A stretch of 64,000 nucleotides of DNA from a virus (taxonomy: Duplodnaviria; Caudoviricetes): the IMG/VR virus record IMGVR_UViG_2908273394_000001, positions 1 through 64,000 of that record; one strand, written 5' to 3'. The position numbers and the translations under genes were made by a program. Below the pieces are notes generated by a model that had not been told where the DNA came from, made no database searches, and saw nothing but the letters and a program-made list of their open reading frames with translations. Positions 48,847-57,652 of this stretch are shown piece after piece. The stretch's first letter is position 1. Each line of letters starts with the position of its first letter.

Positions 48847-50103
48847 TTATGCGGCGAGCGCGAGATGCCGCTGCCACAGGGCTCGGGTGGTGTAGATGCC
48901 GTACCGCAGCGCGTCGACACCGTGGTCAGCAACCTTGATCGGCTTGTCCTCGCCGCGAGCGGCGGCCTTGTCGTCCCACGAGTAGCCGCCGATCTCCGTG
49001 ATCAGCGCCTTGCACGAGTCGAGGACCAGGAGCTTGTTCGCGGCGATCAGCGACGAGACGGTACGGATGCCGTCCATGACGTCGTTCTTCGCCGGCGTCG
49101 GCTTCAGCTTGTCGCGGTGCAGCTGCGCCGAGAACGACGCCGCCGACGGGTCGACGGTGATGAACTGCGGCCGGACCGGCCCGACACCGGGAACGTCCGC
49201 CAGCCACGCCCGCAGCCGCTCGCTGTACTCGGTGTCGGTGAGCTGACGGCGGGTCTGCCGGGCTTCGTAGCGCCACTCCGCCGCCGCATACAGCTTGCGG
49301 TCCGCACCCAGGCCGAGGAGGACGGCGTGGAAAGGGTTCGACGTGCCATAGTCGACGCCCAGGCTGATCCACTTGTGGATCCCGGCCTTCGGCAGCGCGG
49401 TGACGATGTGCCGCTCCCGGCTCCACGCGTCGTAGATCGCACCTTCGGCCGCGACCCACTCCCCGAGGATGAACCGCCGGTAGAACAGGCCCTCGTGCGA
49501 CGCCTTCATGTCGGCGACGTACTCGGGGTCGAGGAAAGGGTTGTCGTCGATCGTGAACGAGAACCGGCGGATCGGCTTACGGCCCTCCTGCGACAGCCAG
49601 TCCCGCATGAACCAGTGCGCCGGATTGTCCGGGTTGGTGGTGCAGAACAGCTGCGCCCCCCGCACGCTCATGCGGCCCAGGAGCTGCTCGAAGAACACCT
49701 GCGGCACCAGAGTGACCTCATCGACGTACGCCCCGCACACCGTCATGCCTCGGATCTTCGGCTCGCTCTTGGAGTCGTTGGCGCCGATGACGTGCACGGT
49801 GCGGCCCAGGATCGTCGCCGTCGGCGCACCGGGCGTGTAGTGGATGAGCTTGGTCATGTCCCCGAACAGGGCGGGGTTCTGCAGCGGCATGAACAGGTTG
49901 CGGTGGATGGTCTGCGACGTCTTCCCGACGATGACGAGTTCACCGGTCGTCGGCGCCTGCGCCACGAAGATCAGCCACTTCAGCAGCGACGCGATCGTCT
50001 TCCCCGACCGGATCGCGCCTTCCCAGCAGGAGATCTTCGTCGTCGCCTCCGCGACAGACCTGATCTGCTTCCGGGACAGAGGCATCGCCTCCAGCACGCT
50101 CAC
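48847..50103 (-). CDS. terL: Terminase large subunit (PBSX-like)
   Basis: EGAIRSGKT, YVDEVT, TTNPDNPAHW, GVDYGTSNP, DHGVDALRY. Confidence 0.95.
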   Translation of the reverse strand: MSVLEAMPLSRKQIRSVAEATTKISCWEGAIRSGKTIASLLKWLIFVAQAPTTGELVIVGKTSQTIHRNLFMPLQNPALFGDMTKLIHYTPGAPTATILGRTVHVIGANDSKSEPKIRGMTVCGAYVDEVTLVPQVFFEQLLGRMSVRGAQLFCTTNPDNPAHWFMRDWLSQEGRKPIRRFSFTIDDNPFLDPEYVADMKASHEGLFYRRFILGEWVAAEGAIYDAWSRERHIVTALPKAGIHKWISLGVDYGTSNPFHAVLLGLGADRKLYAAAEWRYEARQTRRQLTDTEYSERLRAWLADVPGVGPVRPQFITVDPSAASFSAQLHRDKLKPTPAKNDVMDGIRTVSSLIAANKLLVLDSCKALITEIGGYSWDDKAAARGEDKPIKVADHGVDALRYGIYTTRALWQRHLALAA

Positions 50104-50642
50104 GCCCGGCCCTCGCCGCCCAGCGGCTCCCCAGCGGTGTCCTCCTGCTCGTCCTGCGCTCTCGAGAACGCCGTCAGCGCGTCACCCAGCGAGCCGAGCA
50201 TGCTCTTGGCCTGGTCCAGGTTGGTCGCATCCTCGGCCGGTACGAGCTTGAGCAGCCGGTCGATCGCGGTCGCGGCCGTCGCCATCAGCGCCCGCTTCTC
50301 CGCCGCCGGCGCCTCGTCGAAGGTGTGGTCCTCGTAGGTGTTGTCCTTGCCGCCGAAGGAGTACACGGTCGTCGGCTCCCACATCTGCGCCCGGAGCTTT
50401 TCCGCGTCGCTCAGCAGGTCTTCGGCGAGCATCGTCCTGCGCTCCGCGAGGTCGGCCAGCCGGGCTTTCGTCGCCGCCTCGATCCTTGAGCGGTCGAACG
50501 TCAGCCCCAGGTACTCGGCCGTCCGCGACACCATCACCGGCGCCTGATTTATCTCGCGGGCGATCCGGTTCCGGCCGTACCCCAGGGCATGCAGCTCACG
50601 GACCTGGTCGTGGAACTCCTCAGGGAGCGGTGGCTTGGGCAT
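50100..50642 (-). CDS. terS: Terminase small subunit (putative)
   Basis: N-terminal HTH (GYGRNRIAREI), immediately upstream of terL. Confidence 0.72.
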   Translation of the reverse strand: MPKPPLPEEFHDQVRELHALGYGRNRIAREINQAPVMVSRTAEYLGLTFDRSRIEAATKARLADLAERRTMLAEDLLSDAEKLRAQMWEPTTVYSFGGKDNTYEDHTFDEAPAAEKRALMATAATAIDRLLKLVPAEDATNLDQAKSMLGSLGDALTAFSRAQDEQEDTAGEPLGGEGRA

Positions 50643-51538
50643 CAGGTCCTCCGGGCGGGAGCGGGGGCGTGAGCAGCGCGGGCGCGGCGGCGCAGCAGCT
50701 CAGGCAGCGGCGTGCCGTGCGCGACCCACGACGGGTGGTACGGGATGAGGACGCAGCGGCAATGCGGGTGCCGCGGCGGACTGGCCAGAGGGGTGAGGAA
50801 CACGGTGCGGGCCGAGTCCAGGGACAGCCCGCCGGGGAAGAACCGGCCGGGCACCACCGCACGGCCGGCGTACGCGGCGCACGCAGGGCACGCACCGGGT
50901 TCTGCCGCCCACACCAGCCGCATCCCCGGGCCGAGGAGACGGGCCACGCTGATCGCGGCGTGCGCGGCCGCCGACGTCACCGCGACCGCGACCCCGGCGG
51001 TGATCCGGGACACCGCCCGCCGGGCGCGGGAGAACACGGCCTTCAGTCCGGCGAGTCCGTGGGCGGTCAACGCGGCGGTGGTGAGCATCGCCAGGGCCCG
51101 GGTGTGTTCTTCCTGCACCGCGGCGGTCATGCCGGCGGCGGCCTGTTCGGCGGCCGGGCCGGGCTCTGCGGGGATCCCGGGCGGGGGAACGCCGCGGTAG
51201 AGGGTCACCGTCTGGGAGGCGTAGCGCAGGCCGAGGGAGGCGGCGGTGTAGGCGGCGAGCTGCGCTTCGCGCATGGCGTGCGCGCCTTGCCCGTGGAACG
51301 CGGCGGTGAGTGCGCGCCGGATGTGCTCGATGAGGGCGGCGAGTTCGGTGGGGGCCGGCAGGGCGCTGGCCGGGGTGGTGAGGATCCAGCGGCGGGTGGC
51401 GTCAGTCTCTGCGGCGGCCAGGAGCTGGGAGAGGGGCCGGGCGGCCGCTGCGCCGTGGCGTTGCTCGAGGGCGCGGAGCTGCGCGGGTTGACGCTGGGCC
51501 AGGTCGGCGATGTCGCTGGTGCTCTCCACCACACCCAC
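50642..51538 (-). CDS. MuF-like head morphogenesis protein
   Basis: WAAEPGACPAC...PPRHPHCRC. Confidence 0.75.
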   Translation of the reverse strand: MGVVESTSDIADLAQRQPAQLRALEQRHGAAAARPLSQLLAAAETDATRRWILTTPASALPAPTELAALIEHIRRALTAAFHGQGAHAMREAQLAAYTAASLGLRYASQTVTLYRGVPPPGIPAEPGPAAEQAAAGMTAAVQEEHTRALAMLTTAALTAHGLAGLKAVFSRARRAVSRITAGVAVAVTSAAAHAAISVARLLGPGMRLVWAAEPGACPACAAYAGRAVVPGRFFPGGLSLDSARTVFLTPLASPPRHPHCRCVLIPYHPSWVAHGTPLPELLRRRARAAHAPAPARRT

Positions 51539-51681
51539 CCACTTTCTTTGAATCCATGGTCATATTGCTTTCTCGCCTTTGATTGTGCAGCATAGAACGC
51601 AGTTACGGGTTAGCATCCATGCCAACGCGTGTGCGGTCGAGGTACCGCACCCCACGCGCAGGCAGCCCAAGGAGGCCCGAG

Positions 51682-52479
51682 ATGTCGACCCCCGCCCAGC
51701 CCGGCACCACCACGACGGACCCGAGCACCCAGCCCGGCACCCCGCCACAGGAGCAGCACCCCGCACCGGCTCCCACCGAGCCGGCCGCACCCGCCACACC
51801 CCCCGCCACACCTGCCGAGCCCACCCCGAACCCGGACAAGCCCACCGAACCCAAGGCCAAGGCGCCCAAGTTCGAGGGCGACTTCGACCCGGTCAAGTTC
51901 GGCAAGCTCGTCGAAAACCTCCGCAGCGACGTCGAGGCCGAGAAGGCCAAGCGTCAGGAAGCGGAGCAGAAAGCCGAGAAGCAGCAAGCCGACCTGATGA
52001 AGAAGGTCGCTGCCGCGTTCGGCCTCGAAACCGACGAGGGCAAGCCGCCCACCCCCGAGGAACTCGCCAAGCAGCTCGCGGACGAGCAGGCCCGGACCAA
52101 GGCGTCCGAGGACACCGCCCGCCAGACGCAGGTAGAGCTCGCCGTCTACAAGACCGCAGGCAAGCACGGCGGCGACCCGGACGCCCTCCTGGACTCCCGG
52201 GGCTTCGCCAAGGCCATCGCCCAGCTCGACCCCACCTCGAGCACGTTCGACGCGGACGTGGCAAAGGCCGTCAAGGACGCGGTCGAGGCGAACCCCAAGC
52301 TCGCCGCCCACAAGCCGGCCGACCCCAAGCCCGCAGTCCCCGCGGGCGGGGCGCCGATGGGCGGAACACCCGGCGGGAAGCGGCAGCTCGGCGCGGAGGA
52401 CGTGGCGCGGATGACACCCGAAGAGATCACCAAGGCCGTAAGCGATGGACGTCTCACGTCCTACCTGGGCGGCCGGTAG
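51682..52479 (+). CDS. Capsid scaffolding protein
   Basis: P/T-rich N-terminus, coiled coil, DALLDSR; precedes capsid gene. Confidence 0.78.
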   Translation: MSTPAQPGTTTTDPSTQPGTPPQEQHPAPAPTEPAAPATPPATPAEPTPNPDKPTEPKAKAPKFEGDFDPVKFGKLVENLRSDVEAEKAKRQEAEQKAEKQQADLMKKVAAAFGLETDEGKPPTPEELAKQLADEQARTKASEDTARQTQVELAVYKTAGKHGGDPDALLDSRGFAKAIAQLDPTSSTFDADVAKAVKDAVEANPKLAAHKPADPKPAVPAGGAPMGGTPGGKRQLGAEDVARMTPEEITKAVSDGRLTSYLGGR

Positions 52480-52495
52480 GCACTAGGAGCCCACC

Positions 52496-53353
52496 TTGTC
52501 GATCAACAACTTCAAGCCGGAGATCTGGTCCGCGCAGCTCCTCACGGCCATGCGTAACAGCCTCATCTACGCGCAGCCGCAGCTCGTCAACCGCAACTAC
52601 GAAGGCGAGATCACCTCGCGCGGCCAGTCGGTGCACATCACCACCATCGGCGACCCGACGATCTTCGACTACGACGCGGGCGACACCCTCAACTACGAGG
52701 ACGTCGAGACTGCGGGCACCGACCTGATCATCGATCAGGGCAAGGCGTTCGCGTTCAAGCTCGACGACGTCGACAAGGCCCAGGCCCTGCTCAACCCGAT
52801 GGCGCAGATGGCACAGAACGCGGCCTACGGCCTGCGCGACAAGGCCGACGCCTACGTCGCCAGCCTCTACACCGGCGTCGCCGCCGCCAACACCATCGGC
52901 TCCACCGGCTCCCCGATCAACACCTACTCCACCCCCACCGACGCGTACAACAAGGTCCTCGTCCCCCTGCGGACCAAGCTGAACCGGGCCAACGTCCCCA
53001 CCGAAGGCCGCTACGTCGTCGGCTCCCCGGAGTTCGTCGGCTCCCTCCTGTCCGACGACCGGTTCGTCCGCGTCGACGCCTCCGGCACCAGCGAAGCCCT
53101 GCGCAACGGCATGGTCGGGCGCGCCGCCGGATTCGACATCCTCGAGTCCAACAACACCCCGAACCCGACCGGCGACATCCAGGTCGTCCAGGCCGGCTAC
53201 CCCGGGGCCATCACCTACGCCGAGCAGATCCTGGAGACCGAGGCGCTGCGCCTGCAGAGCACGATCGCCGACGCGATCCGAGGCCTGCACGTCTACGGAG
53301 CGAAGCTCCTGCGCCCCACCGGTATCGCGGTCGCGTTCATCGACCCCGCGTAA
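52496..53353 (+). CDS. Major capsid protein
   Basis: NFKPEIWSAQLL...NRNYEGEI...DAIRGLHVYGAKLLRP. Confidence 0.9.
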   Translation: MSINNFKPEIWSAQLLTAMRNSLIYAQPQLVNRNYEGEITSRGQSVHITTIGDPTIFDYDAGDTLNYEDVETAGTDLIIDQGKAFAFKLDDVDKAQALLNPMAQMAQNAAYGLRDKADAYVASLYTGVAAANTIGSTGSPINTYSTPTDAYNKVLVPLRTKLNRANVPTEGRYVVGSPEFVGSLLSDDRFVRVDASGTSEALRNGMVGRAAGFDILESNNTPNPTGDIQVVQAGYPGAITYAEQILETEALRLQSTIADAIRGLHVYGAKLLRPTGIAVAFIDPA

Positions 53354-53394
53354 CCCGTCCCCGCCGAGCCCGCCTCTGACCCAGGAGCGTCCCC

Positions 53395-53772
53395 ATGCCC
53401 CGTACCGCCGTCACCTACACGGCTCTCACCCCCAACGGCCGCACGACCGACGTGGCCGGCACCACCATCGACGCCACCCTCGTCACCAACGGTGTCGTCA
53501 TCAACGGCGTCGACCCCGAGCGCACCGTCCTGCGCGTCACGAACTCGGCGACCGGCGCGAAGAACGTCATCGTCCGCACCGGCACCGGCTCCCAGTCGTG
53601 GATGGCCGGCCAGGGCGACCTCACCGTCTCCGTCGCCGCGAACACCGGCAAGGAGTTCGTCGGCCCGTTCACCTCCGCCCGTTTCCAGCAGCAGGGCTCC
53701 AGGCTCCACGTCGACTTCGAGTCCGGCTTCACGGGCACCATCACCGTCTTCAAGCTCCCGAAGGCGTTCTGA
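53395..53772 (+). CDS. Virion protein, possibly decoration
   Basis: Beta-rich ORF after capsid gene; AGGAG RBS. Confidence 0.6.
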   Translation: MPRTAVTYTALTPNGRTTDVAGTTIDATLVTNGVVINGVDPERTVLRVTNSATGAKNVIVRTGTGSQSWMAGQGDLTVSVAANTGKEFVGPFTSARFQQQGSRLHVDFESGFTGTITVFKLPKAF

Positions 53773-53773
53773 C

Positions 53774-54361
53774 ATGGCGGCCCGCGAGTACATCGGCACC
53801 GGCGGCCTACGGCTGACTCTCGACGACCCGCTGTCCCCGGAGATGGCCAAGCAGGTCGCCACCGGACGCCTCACCCCCGTCAACGGCAAGCCCGCCGACG
53901 ACGTCGAGGCAGGCGACAAGTCCCTCGTCGTCGTGCACGGCTCCGAGGCCGACACCGTCAACCGGGTCGGCACCCACCGCCGCGCGCCCGGCCCCAAGCC
54001 GGACGACGACGCACCGGCCAACGAGTGGGCCACCTACGCCGTAGCGCTCGGCCTGAACTCCTCCCAGGCGGCCACCCTCAGCCTCACCCAGATCCAGGAG
54101 TGGGTCACCGCTCACGAGGACGCGCTCGGCGAAGGCCAGCCCGCCCCGGTCCCCACCGAAGACCCGACCCTCCCGGTGGAGCCCCTCGCCGAGGCGCCGG
54201 CCAAGAACGCGCCCGTCGCCGACTGGCGCGCCCACGCCATCGCCCTCGGCATGGACCCCGACGAGGCCAAGACCGCCACCAAGGCCGAGTGCCAGGACTA
54301 CGCGCAGGTCGTCGAAGACGCCCGCGAGACCGAGACCGAGACGGAGGGGGAGGAGTCGTGA
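53774..54361 (+). CDS. Hypothetical head-region protein with two small helical repeats
   Basis: APANEWATYAVALG and APVADWRAHAIALG. Confidence 0.65.
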   Translation: MAAREYIGTGGLRLTLDDPLSPEMAKQVATGRLTPVNGKPADDVEAGDKSLVVVHGSEADTVNRVGTHRRAPGPKPDDDAPANEWATYAVALGLNSSQAATLSLTQIQEWVTAHEDALGEGQPAPVPTEDPTLPVEPLAEAPAKNAPVADWRAHAIALGMDPDEAKTATKAECQDYAQVVEDARETETETEGEES

Positions 54362-54732
54362 CGTACGCGTCGGTCAGCGACCTGGAAGACTGGCTCACCC
54401 CCGAGCCCGCCCCGGCACACGCCGCACGCCTCCTCGAAGAGGCGACGGACGCGCTGACCCTTGCCCTGACCGGCGCCACGTACGACCCCGCCAACCCGGC
54501 CGTCCAGGACGTGCTCCGCAAGGCGTGCGTCCGGCAGGTCCACTGGATGATGGACCGCGACGACGAGACCGGCGCGACCAACGACCTGCAGTCCATGTCC
54601 GCCGGATCCCGCTCGTTCACCCGCCGCACAGTAGGCACCGGAGCAGGCGCCGCACCCACGATCGCCCCGCAGGCCGCGGTCGTGCTGCGCGCCTCCGGTC
54701 TGCTCACCATGTGGCCGCTGGTGGTGGGCTGA
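54358..54732 (+). CDS. Head-tail adaptor
   Basis: YASVSDL...LRKACVRQV; synteny. Confidence 0.7.
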   Translation: MTYASVSDLEDWLTPEPAPAHAARLLEEATDALTLALTGATYDPANPAVQDVLRKACVRQVHWMMDRDDETGATNDLQSMSAGSRSFTRRTVGTGAGAAPTIAPQAAVVLRASGLLTMWPLVVG

Positions 54733-55073
54733 TGCCGGGCCACATCGGACGCCAGTCCGTCACCGTCCTCCAAGCGCCCCTCGTCGCAGGCGACTACGGC
54801 ACCACCGTCCGCGACTGGGACCAGGCCACCGCCACCAGCGTTGCGGGCTGCACCGTCGACTACACCTCCAACGCCCGCACCCGGCAGGCCGGAGACCAGA
54901 CCACCACCCGCGCCCTGCTTCTCATGCCTCCGCGGGCCCTCACCGTCACCGAGGCCATGCGGATCGAGTGGGACGGGCGGACGTGGGACGTCGACGGCGT
55001 CCCCGCCCACGCCGAAGGCGCCGGCCCGCTGTCGGGTCAGACCATCGCCCTGCTGGAGGTGAGCGGAGCGTGA
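54732..55073 (+). CDS. Head closure protein
   Basis: DYG...DW...RIEWDGRTWDVDG; synteny. Confidence 0.72.
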   Translation: MPGHIGRQSVTVLQAPLVAGDYGTTVRDWDQATATSVAGCTVDYTSNARTRQAGDQTTTRALLLMPPRALTVTEAMRIEWDGRTWDVDGVPAHAEGAGPLSGQTIALLEVSGA

Positions 55074-55404
55074 GCACCGAAGTCACCATCCACGTCGACA
55101 TCGACCACGACGCAATCCAGGGACTCATCCACGACCCCAGGTGCGCGCCGACCTCGAGAGCCGCATGGACCAGGTCGTCGACGTCGCCCAGGCCATCGCC
55201 CCCCGGCTCACCGGCCGCTACGCGGAGTCCATCCACCGAGTGGAGCAGCCCGGCCCCAACGGCGAGATCTCCGTCGAGGCCAACGTGCACTACGCCGAAT
55301 ACGTCGAGCACGGCACCCGCCAGACCGACCGCCACGGCCGGGCCATCCACCGCCCCCACTACACCCTCTCCACCGCCCTCGACGCCGCAGGAGGCGACCA
55401 CTGA
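55070..55404 (+). CDS. HK97 gp10-like neck protein (frameshift near 55140)
   Basis: APRLTGRYAESI...YAEYVEHGT. Confidence 0.75.
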
Positions 55405-55628
55405 TGGCCAACGACCCCGCCGACCTGGTCACGCTCAAGCTGACTTTCTGGCACAAGGGCAAGAAGCCCGGCGACACCGTCAAGGTCCGCCGCGACGAAG
55501 TCCGCTCCTGGTACGGGTTCGCCGAACTCGTCGACGACGTCCCGCCGACCAAGGCCGACGAGACCGCGGACACCGGCGCCCAGAAGACCCCGCCGCCCGC
55601 CAAGACCAGCACCACCAAGCAGGCCTGA
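55404..55628 (+). CDS. Small virion-region protein
   Basis: AGGAGG RBS; coupled to upstream gene. Confidence 0.6.
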   Translation: MANDPADLVTLKLTFWHKGKKPGDTVKVRRDEVRSWYGFAELVDDVPPTKADETADTGAQKTPPPAKTSTTKQA

Positions 55629-55633
55629 GACCC

Positions 55634-56076
55634 GTGACCACGCCGGTCGTACTCCCCGACGCCAAGCAGATCGCCATCGACCTGCTGCAGGCCACCCTCG
55701 TACCAGCGCCACCGTCGTCGGCGAACTCCCCGACGCCGCAGCGTTCGACAGCGCACTGCCCCTCGTACGCGTCCTGCGTATCGGCGGCACCGCAGGACTA
55801 CGCGGCTGGGCCGACGGCTCGGCCATCGACCAGCCCCGGTTTTCCGTCGACTGCTACGCCACCGCCACCCCGAACCTCGGCGCAGCGATGCGGCTCGCGC
55901 TGAAGGTCCGCGGCGAATGGGAGCTGCTGCCCGGCCAGGCCACCAGCGACGGGATCGTCACCAGCGTCTCGGAGGAGACCGGCCCGCAAGACCGCCCGGA
56001 GGAACCCAACACCGGTGTCCGCCGCGTCGGCATGACCCTGGGGATGAGCGTTCGCCCACCCCGATCGACCAGCTAG
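55634..56076 (+). CDS. Tail terminator (frameshift near 55705)
   Basis: LPDAKQIAIDLL...VRVLRIGG...VSEETGP. Confidence 0.65.
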
Positions 56077-56086
56077 GAGGCCCGTC

Positions 56087-56674
56087 GTGGGCAACGCAGA
56101 CCAGATCAAGATTGGCGTCAAGGGCCGCGCCTACGTCGGGCCCGTCGGCACCACCTTCCCCGCCAGCCCGTTCGTGGCCTGGGGGACTGGGTGGGTCGAC
56201 CTCGGCTACATGCACCCCGACGGCCTCGAGGAGGCCCTGGGCGAGGACCGCACCGAGATCCCCGCCTGGGGTGAGGAAGCACCCGTCAAGACCCGGGTGA
56301 AGTCCCGCGACGGCTCGTTCAAGCTGACGTTCCTGGAGACCAACGCCGAGCTGCTCCAGCTGTACTACGCGGTCCTCGCCGACGACATGACCGCGACCGC
56401 GGCCACCAGCGGCAACCCCGGCTTCATCAGCTTCGGCACCGGCCAGGCCTCCCCCGGTATCGAGCGGGCCCTCGGCATCGACATCATCGAAAGCGACGAC
56501 ATCGAGCGCATCATGATCGCCCGCGTCGACGTGTCCGACCGCGGCAACCGCAAGCGTTCCGCGGACGACGCCTCCAGCTTCGAGCTGACTTTCAAGCCGC
56601 TCGCCGCCCCCAACGGCGGCCAGGCCGTCCAGCGGTTCATCACCAACGTCACCCTCCCCGTAGAGGCCCCGTAG
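56087..56674 (+). CDS. Major tail protein
   Basis: YVGPVGT...WVDLGYM...IPAWG...FKLTFLETN. Confidence 0.85.
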   Translation: MGNADQIKIGVKGRAYVGPVGTTFPASPFVAWGTGWVDLGYMHPDGLEEALGEDRTEIPAWGEEAPVKTRVKSRDGSFKLTFLETNAELLQLYYAVLADDMTATAATSGNPGFISFGTGQASPGIERALGIDIIESDDIERIMIARVDVSDRGNRKRSADDASSFELTFKPLAAPNGGQAVQRFITNVTLPVEAP

Positions 56675-56784
56675 CCGGTGGCCTGCTCGCGCTCACATCC
56701 CTGGGCGGGGGCGGCGCGAGCAGGCCACCACTCCTCCTTCTCAGCCCCCGCCCGCAAGCCCCCAGCCCAGAAAAGAGCCGTCCC

Positions 56785-57213
56785 GTGTCCAAGCCGAACC
56801 GGAAGATCATCCGTCTGCAGCAGATGCGCGCCCAGATCGCGCAGGCCGCCGGCGTGAAGTGGGTCGACGTCGTCTTCGACGTCCCTGGCCAGCTGCCGGA
56901 GACCACCGAGGAACGCATTTGCTCCTTTCTCACCCAGGACTACTGGCCCGTCGACATCGTCCGCGCTGTCGAGCAGGACGGCGACGGCACCAACCTCGAT
57001 GTCCTCAAGCGGGTCGCGTCCCCGCCCGAGGCGTTTGATGACCTCGTCACCGTGGCCCAGCTGACCGTGGGTGAGCTGAAGGCACTCATCGACGAGCTCG
57101 ACCAGGAGGCGGGCACCGAGCCGGGGGAAGACTCTGGCTCCTCCAGCTCCTCCACGAGCACTCCGGAGCCCTCCGCGCCGACCTACAGCGCTACTACCCA
57201 GGACGCCGCCTAG
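56785..57213 (+). CDS. Tail assembly chaperone (G)
   Basis: Between major tail and tape measure; contains slippery G GGG GAA. Confidence 0.8.
   Translation: MSKPNRKIIRLQQMRAQIAQAAGVKWVDVVFDVPGQLPETTEERICSFLTQDYWPVDIVRAVEQDGDGTNLDVLKRVASPPEAFDDLVTVAQLTVGELKALIDELDQEAGTEPGEDSGSSSSSTSTPEPSAPTYSATTQDAA
57123..57129 (+). other. Programmed -1 frameshift site GGGGGAA
   Basis: In-frame G GGG GAA; the -1 frame reads LWLLQLL...ALRADLQRYY into ORF 57228. Confidence 0.82.
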
Positions 57214-57637
57214 CGGAGTTCTGGGCCATGTCCTGGGGGGAGGGGTCGATGACCTGGTCCGAGCTACGCGACCTGGTCACGGCCCTGCCCGAGGACTCCG
57301 CCACCAAGGCCGCCGCAGCAGGCGACCACACCGGCCACCGATGGTCCCAGGGCACCTACCTGCAGGCGACCGAGGTGAACCTGCTGCAACTCATCGCGAC
57401 CACCCTGTGGCGGGCCCACCTCAAGGGCGACCCGCCCGAGATGACCCCGGTCGAACCGCCTCAGCTCGAAGCGGACGAGCGGCGCCTCGCGATCGAAGAG
57501 GCCCGCGCAGCCCGCAACAAGGCAGTGCTGGACCGGTACGCCCCCAGCGGGCACCGGCCGACGCCGTCCAGCGGCAGGCCGAGATCGACCACTGGATGAA
57601 CAAGCTCCGCGAACTCGAGAACGCACAGCAGCAGTAG
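57123..57637 (+). CDS. Tail assembly chaperone T portion of the G-T fusion
   Basis: ALRADLQRYY...MTWSELRDLVTALPEDSAT; additional apparent indel near 57550. Confidence 0.7.
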
Positions 57638-57652
57638 GAGGGGAGGGCAGCC

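Noticed and set aside
51592-51608. Possible SOS box in the late divergent region
   Set aside because: Spacing and right half-site deviate too far from TCGAAC-N4-GTTCGA.
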